Below are positions 1-11,400 of a stretch of DNA of 64,000 nucleotides, in pieces. This DNA is from a virus. How positions within the stretch are numbered: position 1 is the first letter of the stretch; every line of letters starts with the position of its first letter. The notes below the pieces were generated by a model. The model did no database searches and was not told the DNA's origin. It saw only the letters and a program-made list of their open reading frames with translations. Both the position numbers and the translations under genes were made by a program. The stretch lies in IMG/VR virus record IMGVR_UViG_3300043470_000815; one strand, written 5' to 3'.

Positions 1-109
1 CATTAAATTGTGTACCTTTTATTTGCGGCATATCTTCACGGTTGAACAGTTCTTCACTTAAAATTTTTATATAAATGCGTTTTATTCTATTTTCTAATAA
101 CTTGTTCAT
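1..109 (-). CDS. 5' part of a CDS running off the left edge (MNKLLENRIKRIYIKILSEELFNREDMPQI...)
   Basis: ATG at 109, 9 nt after the stop of the upstream gene; frame open to position 1; not in the ORF track. Confidence 0.7.
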   Translation of the reverse strand, partial: MNKLLENRIKRIYIKILSEELFNREDMPQIKGTQFN

Positions 110-118
110 TTTACTTTA

Positions 119-1717
119 CTAAAACTGTATTTTTGTTAATATATTTAAATCAACATCATCGCGTAATTGGATTGGTTGGTTCATCTTTGCGACTGCCAAC
201 AAATTCTTATCATCATCGTAAAATCCAATCGTGGTGAAAAATGGTAATAATGTTCCATCCACCATTTCGGGAATTAATAAATCTGTTTTATAGTTTTGTA
301 ATGCAGTTTTATTCTGTGATAAATTGAATTGGGACTTTTTTATTCGCACCAATAATTCACGCTGATAAATTGTGTGTGTTCCACGATACTTACATGTCCA
401 ATTAGTATTATTGAATATATTTAAATATTTAGGATCAAAACTACTAATAACTATATTTCCACGACGATAAAAGACATTACCAACGATCCCTGTTTGATAC
501 GGTGATTGGTTGGAATTATTTGCCAATGTAATAATAGTATTTTGCGAATAAGCAGTATTATAAAATCTTATTTCATCTAAATTACCATCAAACAAACCAA
601 ATTGTAAAGAATGTTTATTATAAGCACCATTTAATATTTTTGAACCACTTGATATTGCAACCGAATCCTGATATAATTTAAACATCGAACCCGATTTGGT
701 TAATCCAATATGATGCCAATTTGAATCAGAAATATTTGTACCTGTTAGTCCTATTTCATTAGTTCCATCCGACCTAGTAAATTTAACCGAACCACTAATA
801 ATATCAAATTTATATGGATAAACATTGGTTGTTTCGGATACAAATGATCGCGTAACGCTTAATGTATTTACAATTAAATCGTTTTGATATTGATTATTAT
901 TTCCATATTCCATTTTTTCTATAATATTATTTTTATTTAATATCGTAGAATATGAACTGCTATTATTAGACTTTAACCAAAATGAAATTGTGAAATCTTC
1001 GTCGTCTGTAAAATTAAATTCATCTTTATGTTCCGTTAAAATATACGAATCAGTTGTAAATTTGGCAGACATTCCCGATGGAATATTGTTTATTGTTAAT
1101 CCAGTTTCAAAATTAACATTTTTAACATACGACGGACGATCTACCGAAAACATGCTGGATTGGTAGTTAACGCGGCCATTTTCAATTTTACCGTCACGAA
1201 ATCGAAAGTTTTTAAATGTGTCGTTGAATCCCCAATACGAAATTAAATCTTGCTTTTTTGTAAATGATCCAGTTTCGATTTGTTGGTCATATAAATTACC
1301 GTTTTGGTCGTCTGTTAATAAAAAAACGGATTGGGTAAATTCAACCGACCCCGGCTTTATACTTTCACCATAATCCAAATATGGTAACGATAAAATCGAC
1401 GCACTGTAATTTAAATTTTTATAAGTGTAACGGGAATTGTTATGCTCAAATGAATCATTGAACCTATAATATTGTGTGTCAATGCTATTCCAAATGATGT
1501 GCTGATACGAACCATCAAAACTGTTGGTAGGATCATTAGCGGCTTTTTGTGAACCTATGGGGGTTGGTTTATTGGAATGTACAGCGTTCCAAATTATATA
1601 GCCCGATGATGTATCTGTTAATGTTGCCCCACTTAATCCATACCGCTTATGTACACGAAACGTTGTTAGTGTAGAATCTTGAGGCAGCATTGGGTGTAAT
1701 ATTCGGGGGATCGCCAT
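119..1717 (-). CDS. virion structural protein with LamG/concanavalin-A-like domain
   Basis: FTISFWLK...WHHIGLT...FDGNLDEIRFYN LamG motifs; C-terminal TTIGFYDD..LLAVAK.N motif shared with 3282-4730 and 4761-6233. Confidence 0.75.
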   Translation of the reverse strand: MAIPRILHPMLPQDSTLTTFRVHKRYGLSGATLTDTSSGYIIWNAVHSNKPTPIGSQKAANDPTNSFDGSYQHIIWNSIDTQYYRFNDSFEHNNSRYTYKNLNYSASILSLPYLDYGESIKPGSVEFTQSVFLLTDDQNGNLYDQQIETGSFTKKQDLISYWGFNDTFKNFRFRDGKIENGRVNYQSSMFSVDRPSYVKNVNFETGLTINNIPSGMSAKFTTDSYILTEHKDEFNFTDDEDFTISFWLKSNNSSSYSTILNKNNIIEKMEYGNNNQYQNDLIVNTLSVTRSFVSETTNVYPYKFDIISGSVKFTRSDGTNEIGLTGTNISDSNWHHIGLTKSGSMFKLYQDSVAISSGSKILNGAYNKHSLQFGLFDGNLDEIRFYNTAYSQNTIITLANNSNQSPYQTGIVGNVFYRRGNIVISSFDPKYLNIFNNTNWTCKYRGTHTIYQRELLVRIKKSQFNLSQNKTALQNYKTDLLIPEMVDGTLLPFFTTIGFYDDDKNLLAVAKMNQPIQLRDDVDLNILTKIQF

Positions 1718-1718
1718 T

Positions 1719-2951
1719 TTATTTTAAACTTAATTTTTCTAATTTTTCCAAATCAGCATCTACCGACTGACCTTGCTGTTTTATTTTTGACGTGAAAGAT
1801 GTGATATAATTTTTTACTTTATTCCACAAATTAGACAACATTCCTTCATTCAATTTACTTTCAGAATTTAACTTTTGGGTCGCAATAGATGATGAAACTT
1901 TTTTTATTGTTGTGTTTGCCGTCAATAATTCATCTGCTATTTTTTTTATTTTACCATTTACTTTACCGTACAATAATTCAAAAATTTCTTTATATTTCGG
2001 ACTTTTTGCTTCGTAACCTTTTTTCTTTATAGTCACCAACACGTTTTTAGTTCTTAAAACACGTTCTTTATTTTCATCAATAGCGTCAATCATAGCGGTA
2101 AATTTTTCATCCAATGGTTTAAATTGCTTGGTAAGTGCTGCCATTTCCGCTGCCATCCTATCCATTTTCTCTGCCAAATCTGCCATTTTTTCCAATTCCG
2201 CAACTAAGGTTGGGTCGGTAATGTCTAATTCAGAAATTAAAGATTCGGAAATTTTATAATTTTTATTTAAAAAATCCAAAACTTCTTTTACATCAGTGCA
2301 TTCTTGAAAACCTTTTGTAGATTTTACAGCATAATCTTTTGTGGTATTATTTGCAACTTTTTGTTTTTTATAATAAACTGGACGATGGATAACTATTGCA
2401 ATTTCTTTTCCATTTTTTTTAATGGATGCTTTACCATTAACAAACTTTAAATCGGTTTCGGTATATTGTTCATTGATGGTCAATTCGTTATAAATCCTAC
2501 GAACTAAATTTTCCAATTTAATTTCACGTTCCTTTCCCAAATCCATTTCTTTAGGTTTGTCGTGTTTGACACGTGGAACTTCTTGATTTTTTATTGGATT
2601 TGTTTTTTTAGGTTTAGGCATTTTGTCACCCAAATCATATCCTTTGATAATGGCAGTTGTTATGGCAATTTCTTCCGAATCAAATGGTGAAATATTTAAT
2701 GGTGTTTTTTCATCGCCGTCAACCGTACACGCATAAATATTATATTTATCTTTATCTTTTTTAATTTTTACTTTTAATGCCATTTCGTTTAGATTTTTAT
2801 ATAATTTAGGAATACGGATTTTTAAAATAGAACGACCATTGACACATGGATTCCCATATTCGTCAAATGATATTTCATTAACGGTAATTTTTTTATTTTT
2901 GAACCGACCAGCCAGTATAATATCACCAATTTCTAAAGGAATGTTTATCAT
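1719..2951 (-). CDS. hypothetical protein, possible internal head protein
   Basis: 410-aa ORF tightly packed in the structural operon; internal (L/I)xE motifs. Confidence 0.6.
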   Translation of the reverse strand: MINIPLEIGDIILAGRFKNKKITVNEISFDEYGNPCVNGRSILKIRIPKLYKNLNEMALKVKIKKDKDKYNIYACTVDGDEKTPLNISPFDSEEIAITTAIIKGYDLGDKMPKPKKTNPIKNQEVPRVKHDKPKEMDLGKEREIKLENLVRRIYNELTINEQYTETDLKFVNGKASIKKNGKEIAIVIHRPVYYKKQKVANNTTKDYAVKSTKGFQECTDVKEVLDFLNKNYKISESLISELDITDPTLVAELEKMADLAEKMDRMAAEMAALTKQFKPLDEKFTAMIDAIDENKERVLRTKNVLVTIKKKGYEAKSPKYKEIFELLYGKVNGKIKKIADELLTANTTIKKVSSSIATQKLNSESKLNEGMLSNLWNKVKNYITSFTSKIKQQGQSVDADLEKLEKLSLK

Positions 2952-3280
2952 TTTATTTTATCCAATAAATCGTTATTAAAAAAGATCGCCACTCGTTTAT
3001 AACCATTAGGCTGAATTTTTATTAATTTATATTTATTTGCAAATTGTTCAAGTTTATCATATTCAGATGATTCGCTTACTTGAGTATTTAAAAGAATATT
3101 GAAATAATTATATCCACGTTGTTTTTTCAAACCAGTTGAATCATCAATTTCTAAATCAAGTCCTGTTTGCTGTTTTATATATGATATTACATTATTGATT
3201 ATTTGTTGTGACTTTGTACTAATTTTTTCTTCATTTAGTACCCGCCTAACGATTTCTTGTAAGGATTTATTTTTAATCAT
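2948..3280 (-). CDS. hypothetical protein
   Basis: 110-aa ORF with 4-nt overlap coupling to the next gene; N-terminus resembles 8179-8445. Confidence 0.6.
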   Translation of the reverse strand: MIKNKSLQEIVRRVLNEEKISTKSQQIINNVISYIKQQTGLDLEIDDSTGLKKQRGYNYFNILLNTQVSESSEYDKLEQFANKYKLIKIQPNGYKRVAIFFNNDLLDKIK

Positions 3281-3281
3281 T

Positions 3282-4730
3282 TTATTTCCATTTTAAATTA
3301 ACCTCATATAAGGCTTCGGTTGTATAGTTTTTTACTTTGGGGTAGTTTATCTTACCAACCCCCATAAGTTCATAAGCATCATTGTATAAGCCTACTGTGG
3401 TGGGAAATGTTTGTGGATTTCCATTTGCCATATCGGGAATTAAGTATCCTTCCGACCCTGACCAAAATGTAGAATTATTACTGAAATTATAATCAAAGTT
3501 TTTCACACGAATTATAAATGTATTTTGATGTTCGTAGCCGACTTTACGACTTTTGAATCCTAATATATCACCACTTCCATCCGTAAATTGTGCTGCACCC
3601 GACATTGCCGTAAATAATTTCATTTCATTTTGACCGTTAATATCACTACCTGTCACGGTTAAAAACGACGCATTTAAATCCAAAGCATCGGCATCTAAAA
3701 TATAAACACCTAATTTTGGATAAAATAAACCGTAATAAAATGGACTATTATCTTCTAAAAAAATACCATCTTCTAAAGAACCTGAAACTAAATAATTACC
3801 ATAATCAACAATTCGTAATATTTGACCAGTTGTACCTAATTTAACATTTGATCCAGTATGTGTTTGATTAACGCCCCATTGTGAACCTGATAAATTATGA
3901 ATATTTATTTCATTTAATCGGTCATCTAAAGTATCACCCATCCTATCCCGTCTAACATTTACAGCATAAAAATGAGTTATTTGTTTATTTGGTAATAGTA
4001 ACTCACCACAAAGTCCTTTATATTGTCCATAAATTGCATTTGATAAAGTGAATGTATCAGAACCATATTCATCACGTGTTCCGCCGCCTGTGTTATTTCC
4101 ATAGGCAATATCAAACATTCTTGATGATGAACAATCTGTTATTTTTTTATTATAAATTTGGTAATAAGTTGATCCCGTAAAATATGTTGTTAGATTTCCA
4201 GTATTACCCCAAATTCCATACGTTGATCGGACTTTTCGTATTGGTAAAATTTCATCTGATTCAAATTTGGTATATATTTTACCTGACCCTAAATCAACGG
4301 GAACAATAACAGGTGGAACAACGGGTGGTGGATTTACTGGAGTGGTTGGTGTAATTATTACGGGCGGCACAACAATAACAGGTGGAACTACAACGGGTGC
4401 TAATTGCTTAAATTGTAATACTAAATCGTCATACGAATTATCCTGAATTAAATCTTCACTTTCAATTTCAAAAATAAAATAACCATTTTCTTGGCGGGTT
4501 GGTGTTTTCCTTAAAGTAGAATTTAACCATTGACCGTTTAGATCGTAATCTTCATTTGCTTGAATATTTATCAGCCATGTATTACCCGTAACTGTTTTTA
4601 TATTACCGACAAATCCATCAAATGTCCCATTACCGCTTATTGCATTCGATACAATAAACCGTTGCGGTAAAGCACTTGGATTTTTGATAATGACCGATAT
4701 TGTCCAGTCACCTTGGATTGTTAATGGCAT
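3282..4730 (-). CDS. structural protein, paralog of 4761-6233, with N-terminal lectin-like (PA-IIL-like) module
   Basis: GSGKIYTKFE...AIYGQYK..L...YAVNV.R.RM shared with the neighbour; ESEDLIQDNSYDDLVL resembles the LecB Ca-binding motif; Pro/Val linker. Confidence 0.6.
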   Translation of the reverse strand: MPLTIQGDWTISVIIKNPSALPQRFIVSNAISGNGTFDGFVGNIKTVTGNTWLINIQANEDYDLNGQWLNSTLRKTPTRQENGYFIFEIESEDLIQDNSYDDLVLQFKQLAPVVVPPVIVVPPVIITPTTPVNPPPVVPPVIVPVDLGSGKIYTKFESDEILPIRKVRSTYGIWGNTGNLTTYFTGSTYYQIYNKKITDCSSSRMFDIAYGNNTGGGTRDEYGSDTFTLSNAIYGQYKGLCGELLLPNKQITHFYAVNVRRDRMGDTLDDRLNEINIHNLSGSQWGVNQTHTGSNVKLGTTGQILRIVDYGNYLVSGSLEDGIFLEDNSPFYYGLFYPKLGVYILDADALDLNASFLTVTGSDINGQNEMKLFTAMSGAAQFTDGSGDILGFKSRKVGYEHQNTFIIRVKNFDYNFSNNSTFWSGSEGYLIPDMANGNPQTFPTTVGLYNDAYELMGVGKINYPKVKNYTTEALYEVNLKWK

Positions 4731-4760
4731 ATATTTTATAATTTATTGATTATCAATGAG

Positions 4761-6233
4761 TTACCACAACAATTTTATTTTTAGCAAACACTCGCTGTTA
4801 AAATTCTTTTTAATTGCTTTATTTGTCTTTGCAATTGCCAACAATTCTTTACTATCATTGTACAACCCAACCGAAGTTATAAAAACTTGTGGATCGCCAA
4901 TCATGGTTGGTTGACCTAAATCACCCTCCGACCCCGTTGTAAATGTTTGATTGTTTGAAAAATTATATTCTTGGTTTTTGACACGTACAAAATAGTGTGA
5001 TGATTTTACACGTTCGCCGCTTCGACCAGCAAAACCTAATCTGTCACCCGAAACATCGGTATATTTTGCCGCACCGCTAATGGCTGTGAATAGTTTATAA
5101 GCATTATCACCGGGAATTTCCGAACCAGTCACCGTCAAAAACGAACCCGACCTATCCAGTACATTACCATCAATAACTACAATACCCAACCTACGGTATA
5201 ATAAACCGTAATAATGTGGACTTGAACTATTATATATCCCATCTTCTAAAGAACCCGAAACTAAATTGTAAACTTCACCAGCCGTTGTAACCGTTCCGTT
5301 TGAAACGCGACTATCATCTACCAACCTAATTACGCTTTGTAATGGATTTACTTTAACATTTGAACCAGTGTGTGCGTTTTGTGAACCACCACCAGCCAAA
5401 AATTGACTACCCGATAACCGTTGCAAATTTAATTCCAAATTACCTTCGTCAACAAATTCACGCATCCTTGCACGATTGACATTGACAACATAAATAGAAT
5501 CAGTTGCAGTTCCACCAATTACGAAACGTTCCTGTTCGGGGTCTAAACAAAGTTGCTTATATTGTCCGTAAATTGCCCTTGAAGGTGTATCGTTGATTTG
5601 ACCGCCTTGGTCGGCTGAACCCGAACCTAATTTATGTCCATACGCAACCGCAAATTGTGGTTCACTTCCACAGTCACCACTACCCGAATTATAAACAGAA
5701 TAATAATATTCTTTAGATGTTGCATTTTGAGCAGACGATGTAAAGAAAGTTGTTAAGTTTCCAACATTTCCCGACCATAACGCACGTGTTACTGTTTCTT
5801 GCTGATTTGGTACAATATCACCATTTTCAAATTTTGTATAAATTCTACCCGATCCTAAATTACTAGGTGCGGGAGGTGGTGGATTAACGGGTGCTACTGG
5901 ATTGGATGGAAGTACTGGTGAAACGGGGTTAATTGTTGAACCTCCAATGCCCTCATTATTATTTGGGGTGGTTGGTGTATCTTTCACATTATGAACAACA
6001 TCACCATCACTTAGGACATAAAAATCACCTTTACCGTCTTGGAAGCCGGGAATCTGTAAACCAGTTTCAGTCGTTTTTATTGTTGGGGTTGTGTTTACTA
6101 AAACCGATGGATCAGACGACACCGCCGTTACCTGCAAACCAACCTGTTCTAATTTATTTAATTGACTTGTATCCAGTTTGGTAGCGTTGGAAGTATCTAC
6201 TGATTGGAACGTATTTTTCTTTGTAAATGCCAT
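4761..6233 (-). CDS. structural (baseplate/tail-associated) protein
   Basis: Paralog of 3282-4730; C-terminal TSVGLYNDSKELLAIAK motif. Confidence 0.6.
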   Translation of the reverse strand: MAFTKKNTFQSVDTSNATKLDTSQLNKLEQVGLQVTAVSSDPSVLVNTTPTIKTTETGLQIPGFQDGKGDFYVLSDGDVVHNVKDTPTTPNNNEGIGGSTINPVSPVLPSNPVAPVNPPPPAPSNLGSGRIYTKFENGDIVPNQQETVTRALWSGNVGNLTTFFTSSAQNATSKEYYYSVYNSGSGDCGSEPQFAVAYGHKLGSGSADQGGQINDTPSRAIYGQYKQLCLDPEQERFVIGGTATDSIYVVNVNRARMREFVDEGNLELNLQRLSGSQFLAGGGSQNAHTGSNVKVNPLQSVIRLVDDSRVSNGTVTTAGEVYNLVSGSLEDGIYNSSSPHYYGLLYRRLGIVVIDGNVLDRSGSFLTVTGSEIPGDNAYKLFTAISGAAKYTDVSGDRLGFAGRSGERVKSSHYFVRVKNQEYNFSNNQTFTTGSEGDLGQPTMIGDPQVFITSVGLYNDSKELLAIAKTNKAIKKNFNSECLLKIKLLW

Positions 6234-6919
6234 TATATGCCTTTATATTTTTCTTTAATTTGTTGATATGTGTTATAAACCCGCTTTTTGAATTTTTTAT
6301 TATAAATATCATCAAATTTATCAGATAACTTTTGCGGAAACATTGTTTTAAAAAATGTCAAAAATGAATTAAAATCTACTAAAAATTTGTTAGCCAATTG
6401 TGAATTATCTTCAAACATATTTTCAATACTTTCAAGTGTTTCGATAAAAAACGCATTAAATTCGGCGGGACTACTTAAATATTTTGTAATATTTCCAGCA
6501 TCTAACTGTTTGGCAGATGAAGAACGAATATCCGATTTGTAACGTTTAGTATCTAAATAATGTGTAAATTCGTGTACAAACATATTTTTATTCAATCGAG
6601 TATCTGCATACATTAAATTAAATGGTTCAATTAATATAGGCAACACAATTACACCATCATAATTAGAGGTTTTTAATTTAGAAAATCCAGCATTACCGAT
6701 ATTTTTATCTGCTAATACAATTATTAATTTATTATATGTATTGTCTATTTTACTAAAAGGTATTATAAAACCTCCCCACCGATCCGAACGTTCCCATTTA
6801 TTTGAATTTTCCGCCGCATTCTTTATGTATTCTTTTAATTTTGTAAACGCATTTCTTGATTTTAAAACTAATTTTGAATCAGATTCATAATCATATTCAA
6901 GTAGTTGCATTAATTTCAT
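6233..6919 (-). CDS. putative zinc metallopeptidase
   Basis: HEFTH (HExxH) followed by Y..SPAEFNAF. Confidence 0.55.
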   Translation of the reverse strand: MKLMQLLEYDYESDSKLVLKSRNAFTKLKEYIKNAAENSNKWERSDRWGGFIIPFSKIDNTYNKLIIVLADKNIGNAGFSKLKTSNYDGVIVLPILIEPFNLMYADTRLNKNMFVHEFTHYLDTKRYKSDIRSSSAKQLDAGNITKYLSSPAEFNAFFIETLESIENMFEDNSQLANKFLVDFNSFLTFFKTMFPQKLSDKFDDIYNKKFKKRVYNTYQQIKEKYKGI

Positions 6920-6931
6920 TATTTTTTTATT

Positions 6932-7162
6932 TTATTGTTGTTCAAACCGATATTTACCTTTAACTAATTTAACAACAACACTATTAATTTTACCTTTAGA
7001 ATTAAAAACATCAAATGTATTTTCAACTTCGGTTGGTTTTAATGAAATAGTTGATCCCATAAAATATTGCGAAATTAATTTAATAATTCGTTCTTCCGTT
7101 GGGGCGGATGCTAACAGTTTTGATTCTATTATTAATTTTTTATATATTGGTACTAACTTCAT
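6932..7162 (-). CDS. hypothetical protein
   Basis: 76-aa ORF within the operon. Confidence 0.55.
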   Translation of the reverse strand: MKLVPIYKKLIIESKLLASAPTEERIIKLISQYFMGSTISLKPTEVENTFDVFNSKGKINSVVVKLVKGKYRFEQQ

Positions 7163-7164
7163 AA

Positions 7165-8142
7165 TTAAGGTAAACTTATTGGTGCGTTTCCAGTCAATGG
7201 AACGTTTGGAGTTGTATTAGTAGTTACTTTTTTAACCGTGATATTTACGACAACAGCACCACCAGTTTCAACACCTTCGATTGTCAATGTTGTTGATTTT
7301 GCTGCCAATTGTAACATATTAGCCGTAATAACAACACTTTTACCCGTCAATGTCATACTCGCACCGATTTCGGATTGACTTTGTGGTGAAGAAGTGATTG
7401 CTCCAGTACCGCTGTATTGTTGACCGGGTGCGATTTCTCCTACATACATACTACATACGTCACTATCTGCCAAAGTAAATGTATAACCGAATGTTGTATT
7501 GCCTAACGTGTAATTAATCGTTTGTGGCGTAATTGTAAGGCTTTGCCCGGGGTTTAATGTAACCGATGTTTGTGGAACGCTAACACGTGGAATCCTGTTT
7601 GTTTTACGCGGTAATGTAACCAATTTGGATTTCATTGATTGCGTTTCATCGGGAACTGCTTCCGTAATGGGTAATGAAGTAATTGCAATATCATAATAAG
7701 CCGAACCGTTTGGGTGGTCGGGGTTAAAAAGTGAATAATCAATTTCATCATCTGCCAATGCAAATTGCGTGATTTTAAAATCACCACGACCTTCGGCCAA
7801 TTTTTGCCTACCAAGGCGAGTTAATCATTTATTGTTATCCTGACGGCTTTTTATCCACCAGTTCTTACAATTCATTTTCTTGTAAGTTCAGCATATATTT
7901 TCAACCACTTCATAAACTTGGTTGTCGGTCACTCGTGGAAACATTGTATTCTTTTTAAAAAAGTTTTCAGTTTCTATGCGTTACACTGATAAGAATTTTT
8001 TAATTTTCTTATTTAGCACGGTATTGGGATTCTCACCTTTCACCGTTTTTGACCAATTTTTACCTATCAATTACTTGGTAGGGCGACATTAAACTATCGC
8101 GTCGATAACTATACCGGAATCTCCGTTTCCTATGTATGCCAT
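7165..8142 (-). CDS. intron-split structural protein: exon 1 8142-8096, exon 2 7825-7165, 235 aa spliced
   Basis: Joining the exons gives MAYIGNGDSGIVIDAILTRLGRQKLAEGRGDFKITQFALADDEIDY; 47+661=708 nt, in frame; the ORF track only has a truncated TTG start at 7800. Confidence 0.85.
7826..8095 (-). mobile_element. group I self-splicing intron, 270 nt, ORF-less, IA-like (P7.1 present)
   Basis: Exon ends in U, intron ends in G; P1 GCGAU/GUCGC with U.G at the splice site; P3 UUGGUC/GACCGA; P4 ACGGU/ACCGU; P6a AUAAGAA/UUCUUAU; P7 GCAUA/UAUGC; P7.1 GAAAC/GUUUC; P8 CAACCA/UGGUUG; P9 CUUACAA/UUGUAAG. Confidence 0.9.
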
Positions 8143-8178
8143 TTTCTGTTTGTGTTTTTTGTTTTATAAAATATTATA

Positions 8179-8445
8179 TTAATAACCTTGTTTCTTTAAA
8201 AACGCATTAACGATTTTAAAATATGCTGAATACGCATCTTGAGGGGATTTAGAATTGGTTGGATCGGCATCGTCCATAAAAGAATCTTTATATTGACGGA
8301 AAGATACATTAGGTTCTTTATCTTTTATATATTTCTTCAAACGATTGTCAATATCGCTATTATTATTCGACAATCTATCTATATCAGATTCTTCCTTAAT
8401 TACCCGCCTAACAATTTCTTTTAATGATTCTTTTTTATTTTTCAT
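8179..8445 (-). CDS. hypothetical protein
   Basis: 88-aa ORF; N-terminus SLKEIVRRVIKEE resembles 2948-3280. Confidence 0.6.
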   Translation of the reverse strand: MKNKKESLKEIVRRVIKEESDIDRLSNNNSDIDNRLKKYIKDKEPNVSFRQYKDSFMDDADPTNSKSPQDAYSAYFKIVNAFLKKQGY

Positions 8446-8476
8446 ATTTTAAATTCTTTTTAATTTAATATAACTA

Positions 8477-11400
8477 TTATTGTACTTTCAAATTACCACC
8501 CAACGGGTCGTCTGTATAATATAAACTGCTTTGATTTGACACAAAAATACTAACAACAGGGCCACCATCAATCGTATTTGGTGAATCAATATTTATTCCA
8601 GCACCTTCCAACCTAGTCCCATAAAATCTTTTATAGTTTTCAGTAGCACATGATTCAAGATGCTGATAATCAGTACAAACCAATGAACGTGAATAATGCC
8701 AACCATACGATTTACTAACAGCCGTGTACCAATCCCTTAAATATTGTGTTTGAAATGTACCACTTGAACTATAATGATATATTACTTTTTTATAACAACA
8801 ATTTAACGGATAATGGTCAATATAACTTTGTGTAATTTCCTGTGAACCTGAAAAGCGGGTTGGTAATGTATCAAATTCTATATTAATATTATTTGGTAAT
8901 TCACCAGCCACTTCAAAATTGGTTTCAAGTGATGCTGTATTGTATTTATAAGTATATGTAAAATCTATTTTTTCATCAATAGACGCGGTGAAATATTTAT
9001 ATTTAAAACCAAGTTCCGTTGAACTGGACGCAATTGTTTCAAAAGTTAAATTTTCAGCACTTGATGAATAGACATCTAAATTATATTCAGTTTCGTATTG
9101 GGGATTAGTTATTTCGGGACGTTTTGTAACACGTACTTTATTAATATGTAATACATCATCTTCGATAAGAATACCACCAATGTAATCCGCCCTACCCGGT
9201 ACTAATTGTTTCAGTTGGTCAAAAAACGTAAAATCAAAAATGCTAAATAATTTAATAAATTTATTTACATTATAGTTTTGTTGATATTTCTGAAAATATT
9301 TATTTGAAAATCTATTTAATTCCGTGTAACCTTCTTCAAATTCGTATTGTGGATCGGCAATATAATCGTCTAATTCCGTAAAACCCGAATGATTATAAAT
9401 ATCATTATTTAACTGGTCGGTTGGACTAAAAACAATTGCCAACCTATTAGTATCAAATGCGAAAGTATCATTTTTAGATATATCAGATCGTTGTTTTGGA
9501 TTTAAATCACGTATTAATTTACTTTCATCTAAACGTACTTTATTGGAACGTAATGTATTACCACCCACCGTTGGAGTGTCAATATAAAATGTTTCATTAG
9601 TTGAAACATATTGTGTCTTTTCATCACCAAATGTCCAATTCTTAAACGATGCAGTTGTATATTGTGAAACTTGACGGTTTGGGTGCGAAGATGAAACATT
9701 GACATAAACGCTATGATCCCACCTTTGGTTATCTGTACCAAGTGGAAAATATCTATATAAAGTATAATACGACGAGGTTGGTGAATTACCATTATACGCC
9801 GCTGGATTTCTTGTATGACTAATTAATGTTGCATCACTTAATGATTCAAAATATTCTTTATATGATGTTATATTTCCTACAAACCTGTTAGAATTACTAC
9901 CAGTTGTACCACCCAACAATATACTTCCAGTTTCCCATGTATCGGTTATTCCAATTGACGAAATCCAATTAAATTTATCGGAATGTGATATTTTTCCATG
10001 CGAACAATCCTTAGAAGATTGAACCGTTATTTCTAAATCAATAGTAGGTAATAATAATATTTCAACGTCTCTTGGTAAACCCCACTGGTTGGTTGGTGCT
10101 ACTGCAAAAGTTTGTCCAATTTGAACTCCACCCAAAGATGCACTAAAATACGAATCATAAGTTGTTACTGACCCTGAAATAAATTTAGAAATATAAGGTG
10201 CTAAACCGTATGGGTTGGACGGACTTACAAAATAACTTTGTGTAAATGGCTGCCCTGCCAATGAAGCACTCGCATCAGTTGAATAGTGGTTGGTTGGAAC
10301 ATCGGATGATTTAACAACGCCCTGACTATAACCATAATCATTGACACTTGATAAATAATATCTTGAACCTGAAACACCTAAATCCGTATCATTATCATAA
10401 AATGTAAAGTTTTCACTGACATTTTTATTTACAATCGAAACATTCCAAAAATCATTATTATAAATTGGTAATAATGAACTGGATACTGTAATCGAGTTTG
10501 AATTATTATCTTTTAAATTAAATTTTAAGTAGCCATATTCATAAGAACCTGAATATTTATTTCCAAAATGGTGTAACGATAAATTGGAATTTAAAACAGT
10601 TCGATCAACACCTTCAATTGCCCAAATTGACATTGACAACGATGATGAATATGTCGTGGAAAATCTAAAATCAATACTTTCAGGAACTTGCACAGTCCCC
10701 AATGAAGAAGTTACCGTTCGACGTGGTAATTCAATCCAGTTTGATCCCGTGAAATTAGATTTAAAATAATATCGGTCATCTATTAGGGTTGGATCGGCAC
10801 TCGGCCCACCATATTCCTTAATTGAAATTAATGTTTGTGGTATTCCATAAATCGACATTAAGGATTTAACAGAACGCATTGTTCCTTTAGTTTTATAAAG
10901 GTGCGGTAAATTGTTAATAATCCTTCGCCATATTTGATGCGTTTGTCCTTCGTGCGTGTAATTTACTAACGATCCTGACTGAATTAATGTTCCGTCTTTT
11001 TCAGTGCCTAATTTATATTTCCATAAATCGGATAATTGTCGTGTATTTTGTAAATCCCACCCAAACGATTTAGCAATATAAAAAGCAAGATCATTACTAA
11101 AACCACGTTCAGGATGTTCATCACGTTCATGGATTTGTGGTAAGGCTTTTATATACGAATAAATTGTGTCATAATGTTGACCAATCATATCGGCAAATAA
11201 AATCAAATTACTGTTACCCTCATCCATTATTATATGTTCGGGAATTGCCCAATACAAACGATTCATATTTGTTTGATCGTAGGTTTGTGCAACGGATTTA
11301 ACACTGTCATACCATTGTGTTACAATAGATGATGTTAAATTATAACTAACGGTTTTATTCGCAATTATTTGCTTTGGGAATGGTGTAATACTTCCAGTTA

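Noticed and set aside
7880-7887. A ninth ACTTACAA copy
   Set aside because: It is the paired P9 helix of the group I intron, so probably coincidental.
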